Assembly (NCBI GenBank): GCA_964655915.1
Contig: CAZZNV010000004.1
Coordinates: forward strand, 18,664-82,663
DNA length: 64,000 nucleotides
Source of the DNA: an uncultured Azospirillaceae bacterium
Lineage (GTDB): Bacteria > Pseudomonadota > Alphaproteobacteria > RF32 > CAG-239
Direction of reading: 5' to 3'
The notes beneath the pieces were generated by a model. It saw only the letters and a program-made list of their open reading frames with translations. It ran no database searches and had not been told where the DNA came from. The position numbers and the translations under genes are program-made. Below, piece after piece: positions 28,276-35,814 of the stretch. Every line of letters begins with the position of its first letter. Position 1 is the stretch's first letter.

Positions 28276-29214
28276 ATGAGCATAAAAGTTAGCATCATTG
28301 TTCCAGTCTATAATGTAGAGCCATATTTGAGTAAGTGTATGGAGTCATTGTGCAATCAATCTCTACAAGATATAGAAATTATTGCAATAAACGATTGTTC
28401 ACAAGATGATAGTTTGAAAATATTAAAAAGATATGCAAAACACGACAAAAGAATCAAAATAATAAATAAAAAGAAAAATGTTGGTACGGCTAACGCGCGC
28501 AATTCAGGTTGCTCTATAGCGACAGGTGAGTACATTGCTTTTATTGATGGTGACGACTATGTTGATAAAGATTTTTATGAAAAATTGTATAAACTAGCAG
28601 TAAAAAATAATGCAGATGTAGCAAAAGGTGTAACAAAAACATTTAACGTTGATGGTTCAGTTGTTATTGCAAAGGATAATGATGATATTGTGAAACAGGG
28701 AAAGTTTGCTTTTATGGGGCATCTTTTGACTGCAATATATAAAAATAATTTAATAAAAGAAAATAATATAAGGTTTTATATAGATTTTTTCTGTTTTCAG
28801 ATACAGGTTGTTTATTTTGCAAATAAAATCGTCTGCTTAAATGATACTTTTTATAACTATGTACGCCACATCGACAGTTGCGATAGCGATATTTTCACCC
28901 TAGAGAAATGGCAAAGATTGAATTTAGGGCATGGAAATTTTATGTATGATTGGATTATGAACCATAGCACGCCTTCAGATATTAAAATATTATATCTGGA
29001 TCGCATAAAGAGTTTATATTTTTATGGGTTCAATAAGTTGGAATTAATAGATGTTCCTTTGGCATGTCGTATACTAGCATCCACTATGAAGAAAAACTAT
29101 GATTGCGGTTTTAATATAGCCGATGATAAATCGTTTATACGCAAATTGTATAGGAAAAATAAAAATACAACGTTGTTTACATATATCATTGATGTTTTAA
29201 AAGGTAGAATATAA
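28276..29214 (+). CDS. Family-2 glycosyltransferase
   Basis: MSIKVSIIVPVYNVEPYLSKCMESL...AINDCSQDDS...FIDGDD. Very AT-rich. Confidence 0.8.
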   Translation: MSIKVSIIVPVYNVEPYLSKCMESLCNQSLQDIEIIAINDCSQDDSLKILKRYAKHDKRIKIINKKKNVGTANARNSGCSIATGEYIAFIDGDDYVDKDFYEKLYKLAVKNNADVAKGVTKTFNVDGSVVIAKDNDDIVKQGKFAFMGHLLTAIYKNNLIKENNIRFYIDFFCFQIQVVYFANKIVCLNDTFYNYVRHIDSCDSDIFTLEKWQRLNLGHGNFMYDWIMNHSTPSDIKILYLDRIKSLYFYGFNKLELIDVPLACRILASTMKKNYDCGFNIADDKSFIRKLYRKNKNTTLFTYIIDVLKGRI

Positions 29215-29215
29215 G

Positions 29216-30766
29216 ATGTTTAAGATAAAAAATACTGATAAAATATTAATTATTGCACCACATCCAGACGATGAGGCCCTTGGTTGTGGGGGATTTATGT
29301 TAAAATACGCAAAAAATATAGATAGTTTTTGTTTTTTATCTAGCGGTATATCTCCTGATGCAAAAGAGAAATCTGATATTCGTATTTTTGAATGGAATAC
29401 GGTACAAAAAGCTATTGGGTGTAACAATCTTGGGATTATAGAACTTTATGGTGACAGACCTTTGTTGCCAAGAATTATAGATAATATGCAAAAATATTTA
29501 AGGATTTTGAATACAAAAAAATATGATTATATTTTTATGCCTCACTTAAACGATAATCATCCTGAACATCAATATATTTCTAGAACAATAATGAGACAAA
29601 TTTTGTTACATAATGGCTATAAAAAAAAGCTTAAAATTTGTTTTTATGAAGTGTGGTCACTACTAAGTAGTCCTGATATTTATTTTGAAATAGATGCGGA
29701 TAAAAAAAGTAAGTTGTTGTCTTTATATAAGACACAATGGAATATTTGCAATCTTCCTAAGAAAATTATTGGTTTAAATTGTTATCGAGGTGTTGATGCT
29801 GGTTTTAAAGAATATGCAGAGGCATTTGAGGTAATCGGTATAGATGGTTATTTAACAAGTACAAAACCGATTGAAGAAATACTAGGGGGGGAAGAGAAAA
29901 AACTTGTATTATCAAATCGTTTATATCCAAACTTCATAAGTAACAGATTTGATTTACTATACGATGATTACGAATTATACGATTTAGGTACAGGTGTTGT
30001 TCCTGTAAAAATTGATGGTAAAGTGGCAAAGCTGGGAATGACACTGCAGATTTATTCTGATGAAACTTTACATAAATTTTATAATTTATTATTTGCAAAA
30101 CACCCATCTCTTGAAACAATAATAATAAAACATTCTTTATCGTCCTATGGAATAACTAGCAAAAATAATCAATTTTATCATTATCCGTACTGGCATATAG
30201 AACTTCCCGTAAGTGTAGAAGATTTTAGCAATAAATTATCAGCTCGTGTTCGTTATAATACAAAATGGTATCCGAAGAAAATTAGTGAGGATATTGGTGA
30301 TTTAAAAATTAGTCGAATTTCTGCTCAAGATACTACCGAAAGTATGGGTAAACAATTTTTTGCATGGAAAAAAGAAAGTCATAATTGTGATTATAATATG
30401 TCAACTAAAGAATACTTAAAAACATACGGCGTAACGGAAACCTATTTAATGTATATTGGTTCTGATTTGCTCGCAATTGGATTTATTTGTACAACAGGTG
30501 AAAATGTATATTTTGAGCAATTTGCTTATTCTCAAGAAGCAAAATATAAAAAGTATTCATTAGGGATGGTGCTTTATTATCACATAATATGTGATTTAAT
30601 AAGGTTAAAAAAGAAAAATTTCTATTTATCTGGTGGTTATTTAGATTATAAAAAAAGATATAATGGTGTATGTCAGTATACATATTCAGGGACAATTTCC
30701 AGAAAGAATAAACTTGAGCATAAACATCACTCATTTTGGTGGCATTTGAGGCATATGAAGTTTTAG
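29216..30766 (+). CDS. Fusion protein: N-terminal LmbE/PIG-L-family deacetylase plus C-terminal GNAT/FemAB-like acyltransferase fold
   Basis: N-terminus ILIIAPHPDDEALGCGGFML...HLNDNHPEH is the LmbE zinc-site motif. The C-terminal 250 aa resemble the BioF2/CelD-type GNAT fold. Very AT-rich. Confidence 0.55.
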   Translation: MFKIKNTDKILIIAPHPDDEALGCGGFMLKYAKNIDSFCFLSSGISPDAKEKSDIRIFEWNTVQKAIGCNNLGIIELYGDRPLLPRIIDNMQKYLRILNTKKYDYIFMPHLNDNHPEHQYISRTIMRQILLHNGYKKKLKICFYEVWSLLSSPDIYFEIDADKKSKLLSLYKTQWNICNLPKKIIGLNCYRGVDAGFKEYAEAFEVIGIDGYLTSTKPIEEILGGEEKKLVLSNRLYPNFISNRFDLLYDDYELYDLGTGVVPVKIDGKVAKLGMTLQIYSDETLHKFYNLLFAKHPSLETIIIKHSLSSYGITSKNNQFYHYPYWHIELPVSVEDFSNKLSARVRYNTKWYPKKISEDIGDLKISRISAQDTTESMGKQFFAWKKESHNCDYNMSTKEYLKTYGVTETYLMYIGSDLLAIGFICTTGENVYFEQFAYSQEAKYKKYSLGMVLYYHIICDLIRLKKKNFYLSGGYLDYKKRYNGVCQYTYSGTISRKNKLEHKHHSFWWHLRHMKF

Positions 30767-30783
30767 CGGATATATCTTGGAGA

Positions 30784-30816
30784 TAAAAAAACACTCCGTG
30801 AGGGAGTGTTTTTTTA
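30784..30816. terminator. Bidirectional terminator (ACACTCC-GTGAG-GGAGTGT, flanked by A7 and T8, inside a longer inverted repeat)
   Basis: 7-bp stem immediately after the LmbE-GNAT gene. Confidence 0.6.
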
Positions 30817-30956
30817 TCTCCAAGATGGGGAGGGATTACTTCGCTAACGCTTCGTTTTCTGCGGTAATCGGCTACGCCGACCGGCATACTTCCGTCTGTC
30901 TTTGCCTGGTAGTCAAACCCACTCCTCGTGGGTTCAAATCCGCTTCTTACAGATAC

Positions 30957-30987
30957 AAAAAAAAGACCACAAAAGTGGTCTTTTTTT
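30957..30987. terminator. Bidirectional terminator (A8-AGACCAC-AAAA-GTGGTCT-T7), 3' of tRNA-Met
   Basis: Perfect 7-bp stem with symmetric A and T runs. Confidence 0.65.
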
Positions 30988-30988
30988 A

Positions 30989-31064
30989 TGGTAGCGAGGG
31001 AGGGATTCGAACCCACGACACAAGGATTATGATTCCTCCGCTCTACCGACTGAGCTACCCCGCC
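30989..31064 (-). tRNA. tRNA with CAU anticodon (elongator tRNA-Met, or tRNA-Ile2 if lysidinylated); CCA encoded
   Basis: Minus-strand read: GGCGGGG-TA-GCTC-AGTCGGTA-GAGC-G-GAGGA-ATCATAA-TCCTT-GTGTC-GTGGG-TTCGAAT-CCCTC-CCTCGCT-A-CCA. Cloverleaf closes with two G-U pairs in the acceptor stem and one U-U mismatch in the T stem. Confidence 0.8.
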
Positions 31065-31194
31065 ATCAAATTCAGCTAACTTAATAGACTTTTGAACTTG
31101 TGTTGTCAATAGATTTTTGCGAAATCTTATGTTTTTTTGTGTATATCCATTTAAAATCTAAAATTAAATAAAATAATTGTTTGTTTGTACGAAA

Positions 31195-31240
31195 AATCGT
31201 ATTGACTTTTATCTGTTGTTGGTGTACGAAATATCGTATG
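31195..31240 (+). promoter_or_regulatory. Operator/promoter copy A: TCGTATTGACTT-N17-TACGAAATATCGTA palindrome overlapping the ATG of the 31238 gene
   Basis: TACGA-N4-TCGTA inverted repeat at about 31225-31238; -35-like TTGACT at 31202-31207. Near-identical to copy B at about 32570-32615. Confidence 0.5.
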
Positions 31241-31519
31241 AATGAGAGTAAGGAAATATCAAAAACAAAAATGGCCGAGGCTGCAAACAGGCTTTTATAC
31301 AGTTTTGAAAATGAGTTGTTTGTGAACGATTTTGTTTATCCGTACAGATTGGCGTTGGTTTTAGCTTTTGATGATTATGTGAAGGGGCTTAATGATTGGG
31401 AGCTTTCCGATTTGCTGAATACTGAAGACGAGGATTTTGTTTCTGCGTTTCGAGAGATGATTAATCAGGGGGTTAGCGCTTGGTTAGACAGTTGCGAACT
31501 TAAAACTTTAATGATGTAA
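31238..31519 (+). CDS. Phage hypothetical protein (93 aa, acidic)
   Basis: Track ORF 31181..31519 trimmed to the ATG that overlaps the operator palindrome. No family recognised. Confidence 0.4.
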   Translation: MNESKEISKTKMAEAANRLLYSFENELFVNDFVYPYRLALVLAFDDYVKGLNDWELSDLLNTEDEDFVSAFREMINQGVSAWLDSCELKTLMM

Positions 31520-31773
31520 GGGAAAAATATGGAAATTTGCGGAATAAAGGTTTTTCAGGAGATTATTTTTGAACCATTGCTTAATAAGGACGGGGTGCAA
31601 TGTATCGGGGGTGGTGCCGCAGAGAAAGAAGGTGTTGACGCTGATGAAGATTGCTCGCAGTAAAATCTTCTCCTTCGCTGTGTCGGGGAGTCTGTGGCTA
31701 TTCAAAGCCCTTGTCCTTGAGATGGCGCTGTTGGCGGTGATTTTGGGTTATGTGAATATAAATCTGCTATCTC

Positions 31774-32487
31774 TTACAATCTTTTGATTACTCCGGCAGC
31801 GCGTCCGATAATAATGCATTCGTCAATAGTTCGTTCGTAGATGCTGTGTTTAGGATTGTCGGAAATAATTTTTAGGGTTGTTGGCTCTGAATTTGGAATG
31901 ATTTCTAAGCGCTTGATGGCGATGCCGACGCCGTCCCAAATTGCAAAAATTCCGGCGGGGGACGGGCGTTTGCCCTTGGGTGATGTGTCAATGATTACTT
32001 TGTCGCCGGAGGAAACTGTCGGGTACATGCTGTCTCCCAAAGCTTCAATAATATAAACGTTGCTGTTATTGACTTTGATTTCGTTAAGGTATTCAGACGG
32101 AATATTCCAAGTGTGGCGAATATTGTCTGTTTGTATGGTGTTGCCAAAATGATCGGTGGTGTTAAATATTCTGGCCTCTTCTGCGCATCCGCATCCGCCA
32201 TAGACATCGATTTCCGGAATTTTGTGAGTGTTGTCTTCAAGGGGGGGGAGCTCTGCATAACTTAAATTGTTTAATTTTATGTCAGTCAGTTCTTGTTCGT
32301 TAACATTTAGTATTTGGGATAGTTTTTTGCGATCAAGCTCACCTAATCTTACGGGGGATCCTGTTTTGATGTATTGTTGGATATAGGCTATTCCTTTGTG
32401 GAGAGATTTTGATACGCCGGCGTAGGTGAGACCGCGTTCGGTAATTAAACGATCTATTTTTTTGCGGATGCTTTCCGGTGTTTCCAT
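31774..32487 (-). CDS. Phage CI/LexA-type repressor: N-terminal HTH plus C-terminal S24 peptidase domain
   Basis: METPESIRKKIDRLITERGLTYAGVSKSL (HTH) ... IIEALGDSMYPTVSSGDKVIID ... IIGRAAGVIKRL (S24 Ser/Lys dyad context). Confidence 0.8.
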   Translation of the reverse strand: METPESIRKKIDRLITERGLTYAGVSKSLHKGIAYIQQYIKTGSPVRLGELDRKKLSQILNVNEQELTDIKLNNLSYAELPPLEDNTHKIPEIDVYGGCGCAEEARIFNTTDHFGNTIQTDNIRHTWNIPSEYLNEIKVNNSNVYIIEALGDSMYPTVSSGDKVIIDTSPKGKRPSPAGIFAIWDGVGIAIKRLEIIPNSEPTTLKIISDNPKHSIYERTIDECIIIGRAAGVIKRL

Positions 32488-32640
32488 GGTTTTCTCCTGA
32501 ATGATTTTTAAAATGTTTCGTACGATATGGACTATTATATATGAAAAAAACTATTTTGCAAATATGAAAATTCGTATTGACTTGAGTAATAATTTGATGT
32601 ACGAAATATCGTACGATGAATTAAGGAGGTGAATATGAAT
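32488..32640. promoter_or_regulatory. Divergent switch region: leftward repressor promoter (TATATAAT with a TCGTACGA half-palindrome at +1) and rightward operator/promoter copy B (TTGACT-N17-TACGAAATATCGTA)
   Basis: Copy B (about 32576-32613) matches copy A in sequence and spacing. It is followed by a 2-codon ATG-AAT-TAA mini-ORF, then AAGGAGGTG and the ATG at 32635. Confidence 0.5.
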
Positions 32641-33120
32641 TTGAGATATGAAGATTTTCAACCGCAAGACTGGCAAGAGAGGCATTCTCCCACTGAATCG
32701 GTGGTTGTAAAAGGGGATGGTGGCGAGGTTTTTGGGATTTGTCGCCGCAGAATCAAAGATTCCAGAATCTGGGATAAAGTTGAATATTGGCATTTGGAGC
32801 GCGAGGCAATACGAATCTGCAGAGCTTTCCACTTTATTACTTTCGGCAGAGGGTGTAGAACCTCGAAAATGACGGAAAGCTTTGAAAGAAGCGGATTGGA
32901 ATCGTTTTTAAGTGATTTGGATTTTTTGCACTATTTAATACGTTGTCGGAAAGATTATTTAAAGTGGGCGGAAGAATGCGGTCGCCAGGGGGTTAATCGT
33001 GCGGCAGTTGTGGATTTGCTTTATTTTAATATGACGATTGCGCAGGTCGAATCGAAATTTCATAAAAAACACGGTTGGGCAATTAAGAATTTGATTAAGG
33101 GGTTGCGTCTTTATATCTAA
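32635..33120 (+). CDS. Phage early protein (161 aa, Cys/His-containing, basic)
   Basis: Track ORF 32629..33120 (GTG) trimmed to ATG 32635, which sits 6 nt after AAGGAGGTG. No family recognised. Confidence 0.5.
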   Translation: MNLRYEDFQPQDWQERHSPTESVVVKGDGGEVFGICRRRIKDSRIWDKVEYWHLEREAIRICRAFHFITFGRGCRTSKMTESFERSGLESFLSDLDFLHYLIRCRKDYLKWAEECGRQGVNRAAVVDLLYFNMTIAQVESKFHKKHGWAIKNLIKGLRLYI

Positions 33121-33162
33121 TGTATTGAATATTATTTATATTTTCTATTTATCCACAGGCGC

Positions 33163-33191
33163 TTGACAAACGGGGATGATTAGGGTATATA
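33163..33191 (+). promoter_or_regulatory. Sigma-70-like promoter TTGACA-N17-TATATA in the 370-bp intergenic region
   Basis: Read by eye: GCTTGACAAACGGGGATGATTAGGGTATATATATTGG. Confidence 0.45.
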
Positions 33192-33489
33192 TATTGGCAT
33201 AATCGGAGTTTTTTGTCTTTGCGGGCAGAAAACTCTTTTTTTATCTCTTTGATTATGAACGGGGCAGGGTTCTTTTTTATGTCTTTGTAAGATGAGTTGG
33301 AACGGGTCTGATAAAGCTTTATGTTGGTGAGGAAGTGGTTTTGTTCATGAAGAGTGGGGTTGGTTGTAAATTTTAATTGATTGTACTCTTTTTTTTTGTA
33401 TTATTGTCTTACTATGTGAGTTTGAAAAATATCTTTAATCTGAATACCAAGATGTTCGCAGGGGTTTAATTGTAGAAAAGAGGGGTGGT

Positions 33490-33888
33490 ATGGTGGATAA
33501 CAAAACGGGGGAACCGGAAAGCTTGATCGGGTATTTAAACTGGTTGGCCAAATATGCGTTTGTTGGCGGTTGGTGGTTCTTTTTGATGATTGTTGCTTTG
33601 CACCTTTTTTATGATATGTATTTGTTGTTGACATCAAAGTTGATAATTTTGAAAGTCGTTATTTCTTTGTGGCTGGCCGGAACAACCTCTTGGGGTTATT
33701 CATTCTTTATGAAGAAAAAAAGTGTTTTTGATGAAGATGACTTGAAGAAAAAATGGAAGATTAACGGTTTGGCTTTGTTATATTGCATTTTAGTTTGGAG
33801 CAGTACGAATATTTTTAACGATATGGCTGATGATTACAAATTTAATGAATATGCCAAGTATTACGTGATACAAAGGTATAATAGTTAG
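33490..33888 (+). CDS. Phage membrane protein (3-4 TM helices)
   Basis: Hydrophobic segments WWFFLMIVALHLF... and LIILKVVISLWLAG. No family recognised. Confidence 0.45.
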   Translation: MVDNKTGEPESLIGYLNWLAKYAFVGGWWFFLMIVALHLFYDMYLLLTSKLIILKVVISLWLAGTTSWGYSFFMKKKSVFDEDDLKKKWKINGLALLYCILVWSSTNIFNDMADDYKFNEYAKYYVIQRYNS

Positions 33889-33916
33889 TAAGCTTATAGT
33901 TTAAGACGTTTTGTTT

Positions 33917-33950
33917 AGAGGGCTTCTTTTCGGAGAAGCCCTTTTTGTTT
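33917..33950 (+). terminator. Terminator (GGGCTTCT-TTTCGG-AGAAGCCC plus T-run)
   Basis: 8-bp stem. It overlaps the first 40 nt of track ORF 33911..34156, which argues that the real start is ATG 33965. Confidence 0.55.
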
Positions 33951-33964
33951 TGGAGAGAAGATGT

Positions 33965-34156
33965 ATGGAGATTGGTATAGAAAATATTATTGAAGAGCTT
34001 GAAGAGGCAAGGCAATTGGCAATGGAATCTAAATCTCCATCTGCGGCAATCACCGCCACGATGGGAAAAGCCAAGTTGCTGGGATTGTCTTTGGGCAAAA
34101 ATGGCGATGATGAAAATGAGGAAGCGCCTAAGGAGGTTCGGGTGAAGTTTATATAG
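33965..34156 (+). CDS. Small acidic phage protein (63 aa) immediately upstream of large terminase; possible small terminase subunit or DNA-binding accessory protein
   Basis: MEIGIENIIEELEEARQLAMESKSPSAAITATMGKAKLLGLSLGK... Position only. Confidence 0.35.
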   Translation: MEIGIENIIEELEEARQLAMESKSPSAAITATMGKAKLLGLSLGKNGDDENEEAPKEVRVKFI

Positions 34157-34165
34157 AGGGGAATT

Positions 34166-35518
34166 ATGGCAAAAAGGTTGAAAAAGGAGACAGCTGAGGC
34201 TGTGACTATTCCGATAGCACAGAAGTTTGCACCGTTGTTGAAGGAAAAGAAACGGATAAAATTTTATTATGGCGGACGTGCCGGTGGAAAATCATATGCT
34301 TTTGCGGATAGCTTGCTTTTGTTGGGGCGGCAGAAAAAAATTTTGGTGGCATGTTTGAGAGAAATTCAGGAGAGTATCAAGGATTCAGTGCATAAATTGT
34401 TGTCTGACAGAATAGCGTTGTTCGGGTTGTCAGATTATAAAGTTTATGAAACACGAATTGAAAATAAAATAACAGGGAGCAAATTTATTTTTAAGGGGTT
34501 GCGTGATCAAGATATTCAAAAAATAAAGTCTTTGGAAGGTGTGGACATAGCTTGGATAGAAGAAGCGCAAACAATAACAAAAAAATCCTGGTCTATTTTA
34601 GAGCCGACCATCAGAAAAGACGGCAGCGAGATTTGGATTTCCATGAACAGGGAAACCGAAACCGATGCTCTATGGCATCTGTTAGCCGAAAAACCCGATG
34701 AACGGACATTTGTTTGCAGGGTTAACTATGATGATAATCCGTTTTGTCCGGAGGAGATAAAAATTCAGGCGGAAAAGTGCAGAAAAGAAAGCCCTGAGGA
34801 TTATGCCCATATATGGTTGGGCGCTCCGGTGAGTCAGGCGGCTTGTCGGTTGATTGATGCGGCGGATATTCGTTCGGCTTTTGAAGAAAAGATAGATGAA
34901 TGCGGCAGTCCGTTGCTTATCGGGTTGGATATAGCTCGTTTCGGTGATGACAAAACATCTTTTTGTTTTCGGCGAGGGCGATTGTGTCAACGTTTTGAAA
35001 CATTCAGCAAGTTGGACAATGTAGAGGTGGCTGATAAAGCCGCCTTTTATATTAAACAATATCAGCCTAAACGTGTTTTTATGGATATTGGAGGGCAAGG
35101 TGCCGGCGTGTTTGATATTCTGAAAGACAGGGGGTTCGGTGAAGTGATACGCAGTGTTTGTTTTGGCGGAAAGGCCCGTGACAGCGAGCGTTTTATTAAT
35201 CGGCGAGCAGAGATGTGGGGAAATCTATGCGAGTGGCTTAAATCCAAACCGGAAGTTCAATTGCCTTATGATGAGGAGTTGTTTGAGGAGTTGGCGGCTG
35301 TTCAAAAAAAGTATGATAAATACGGGCGTTTGCAATTAGAGGATAAAGATGAATTAAAAAAACGTTTGGGGCGTTCACCCGATAAGGGAGACGCATTAGC
35401 CCTTACGTTTGCGGAACCCGTTTATGATGACGCTGTTCCGCGTTTGTACGGTAATGGAAAGGTTTCTGTGGAAGATATGTTTTTTGAAAATGAAAAAAGG
35501 AGAAGTAAAGAATGGTAA
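34166..35518 (+). CDS. Phage terminase large subunit
   Basis: Walker A YYYGGRAGGKSYAF; C-terminal nuclease-like acidic residues; 450 aa. Confidence 0.8.
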   Translation: MAKRLKKETAEAVTIPIAQKFAPLLKEKKRIKFYYGGRAGGKSYAFADSLLLLGRQKKILVACLREIQESIKDSVHKLLSDRIALFGLSDYKVYETRIENKITGSKFIFKGLRDQDIQKIKSLEGVDIAWIEEAQTITKKSWSILEPTIRKDGSEIWISMNRETETDALWHLLAEKPDERTFVCRVNYDDNPFCPEEIKIQAEKCRKESPEDYAHIWLGAPVSQAACRLIDAADIRSAFEEKIDECGSPLLIGLDIARFGDDKTSFCFRRGRLCQRFETFSKLDNVEVADKAAFYIKQYQPKRVFMDIGGQGAGVFDILKDRGFGEVIRSVCFGGKARDSERFINRRAEMWGNLCEWLKSKPEVQLPYDEELFEELAAVQKKYDKYGRLQLEDKDELKKRLGRSPDKGDALALTFAEPVYDDAVPRLYGNGKVSVEDMFFENEKRRSKEW

Positions 35519-35769
35519 AATGCAGGGCTGTGGGGGATAGAGTGTTTATTCGTTTGGAGGTTGAGGATAAAATATCTCAAGGGGGAATTATTATGCCTGA
35601 TTGTGTGGTTAATGAGCAAAACAGCGGTGTGGTCGAAAGTGTGGGAGAGAAGGTAACTTTGGTTAAAAAAGGCGACAAAGTTCTTTTTCATATATTTGAT
35701 GATTTGCCGGCTCCCGATGATGATATGGTTGTGGTTAGGGAAAACAGCATACTCGGTGTGTGGGAATAA
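35512..35769 (+). CDS. Phage-encoded GroES-like co-chaperonin (85 aa)
   Basis: VGDRVFIRLEVEDKISQGGIIMPDCVVNEQNSGVVESVGEKV...KKGDKVLF parallels GroES (L.DRV.V...E.....GGI.LP......G.V.AVG.G...V..GD.V.F). Overlaps the terminase stop by 7 nt. Confidence 0.6.
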   Translation: MVKCRAVGDRVFIRLEVEDKISQGGIIMPDCVVNEQNSGVVESVGEKVTLVKKGDKVLFHIFDDLPAPDDDMVVVRENSILGVWE

Positions 35770-35814
35770 TTTGAGTTTTAAGAGCTTTGAAGCGCTTTTT
35801 TATGGAGAAAACGA

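Noticed and set aside
30829-30950. Possibility that the plus-strand T-loop motif belongs to tmRNA (one-piece or alphaproteobacterial two-piece ssrA)
   Set aside because: No CCA or acceptor strand after the T-arm, no GGGG 5' acceptor, no tag reading frame, and a terminator follows 15 nt later. Kept only as a tRNA-like remnant.
30483-31109. 208-aa minus-strand ORF
   Set aside because: Its translation (GGVAQSVERRNHNPCVVGSNPS...) is the read-through of tRNA-Met, the terminators and the tRNA-like fragment. It is not a protein gene.
31530-31787. Small ORFs in the 255-bp gap between the 31238 gene and the repressor gene end (44-aa ORF 31530..31664 with an AAGGGAAAAAT RBS; track ORF 31569..31787)
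   Set aside because: Mutually exclusive frames, no recognisable features, and convergent with the repressor 3' end. Either could be real, but the evidence is insufficient to call.
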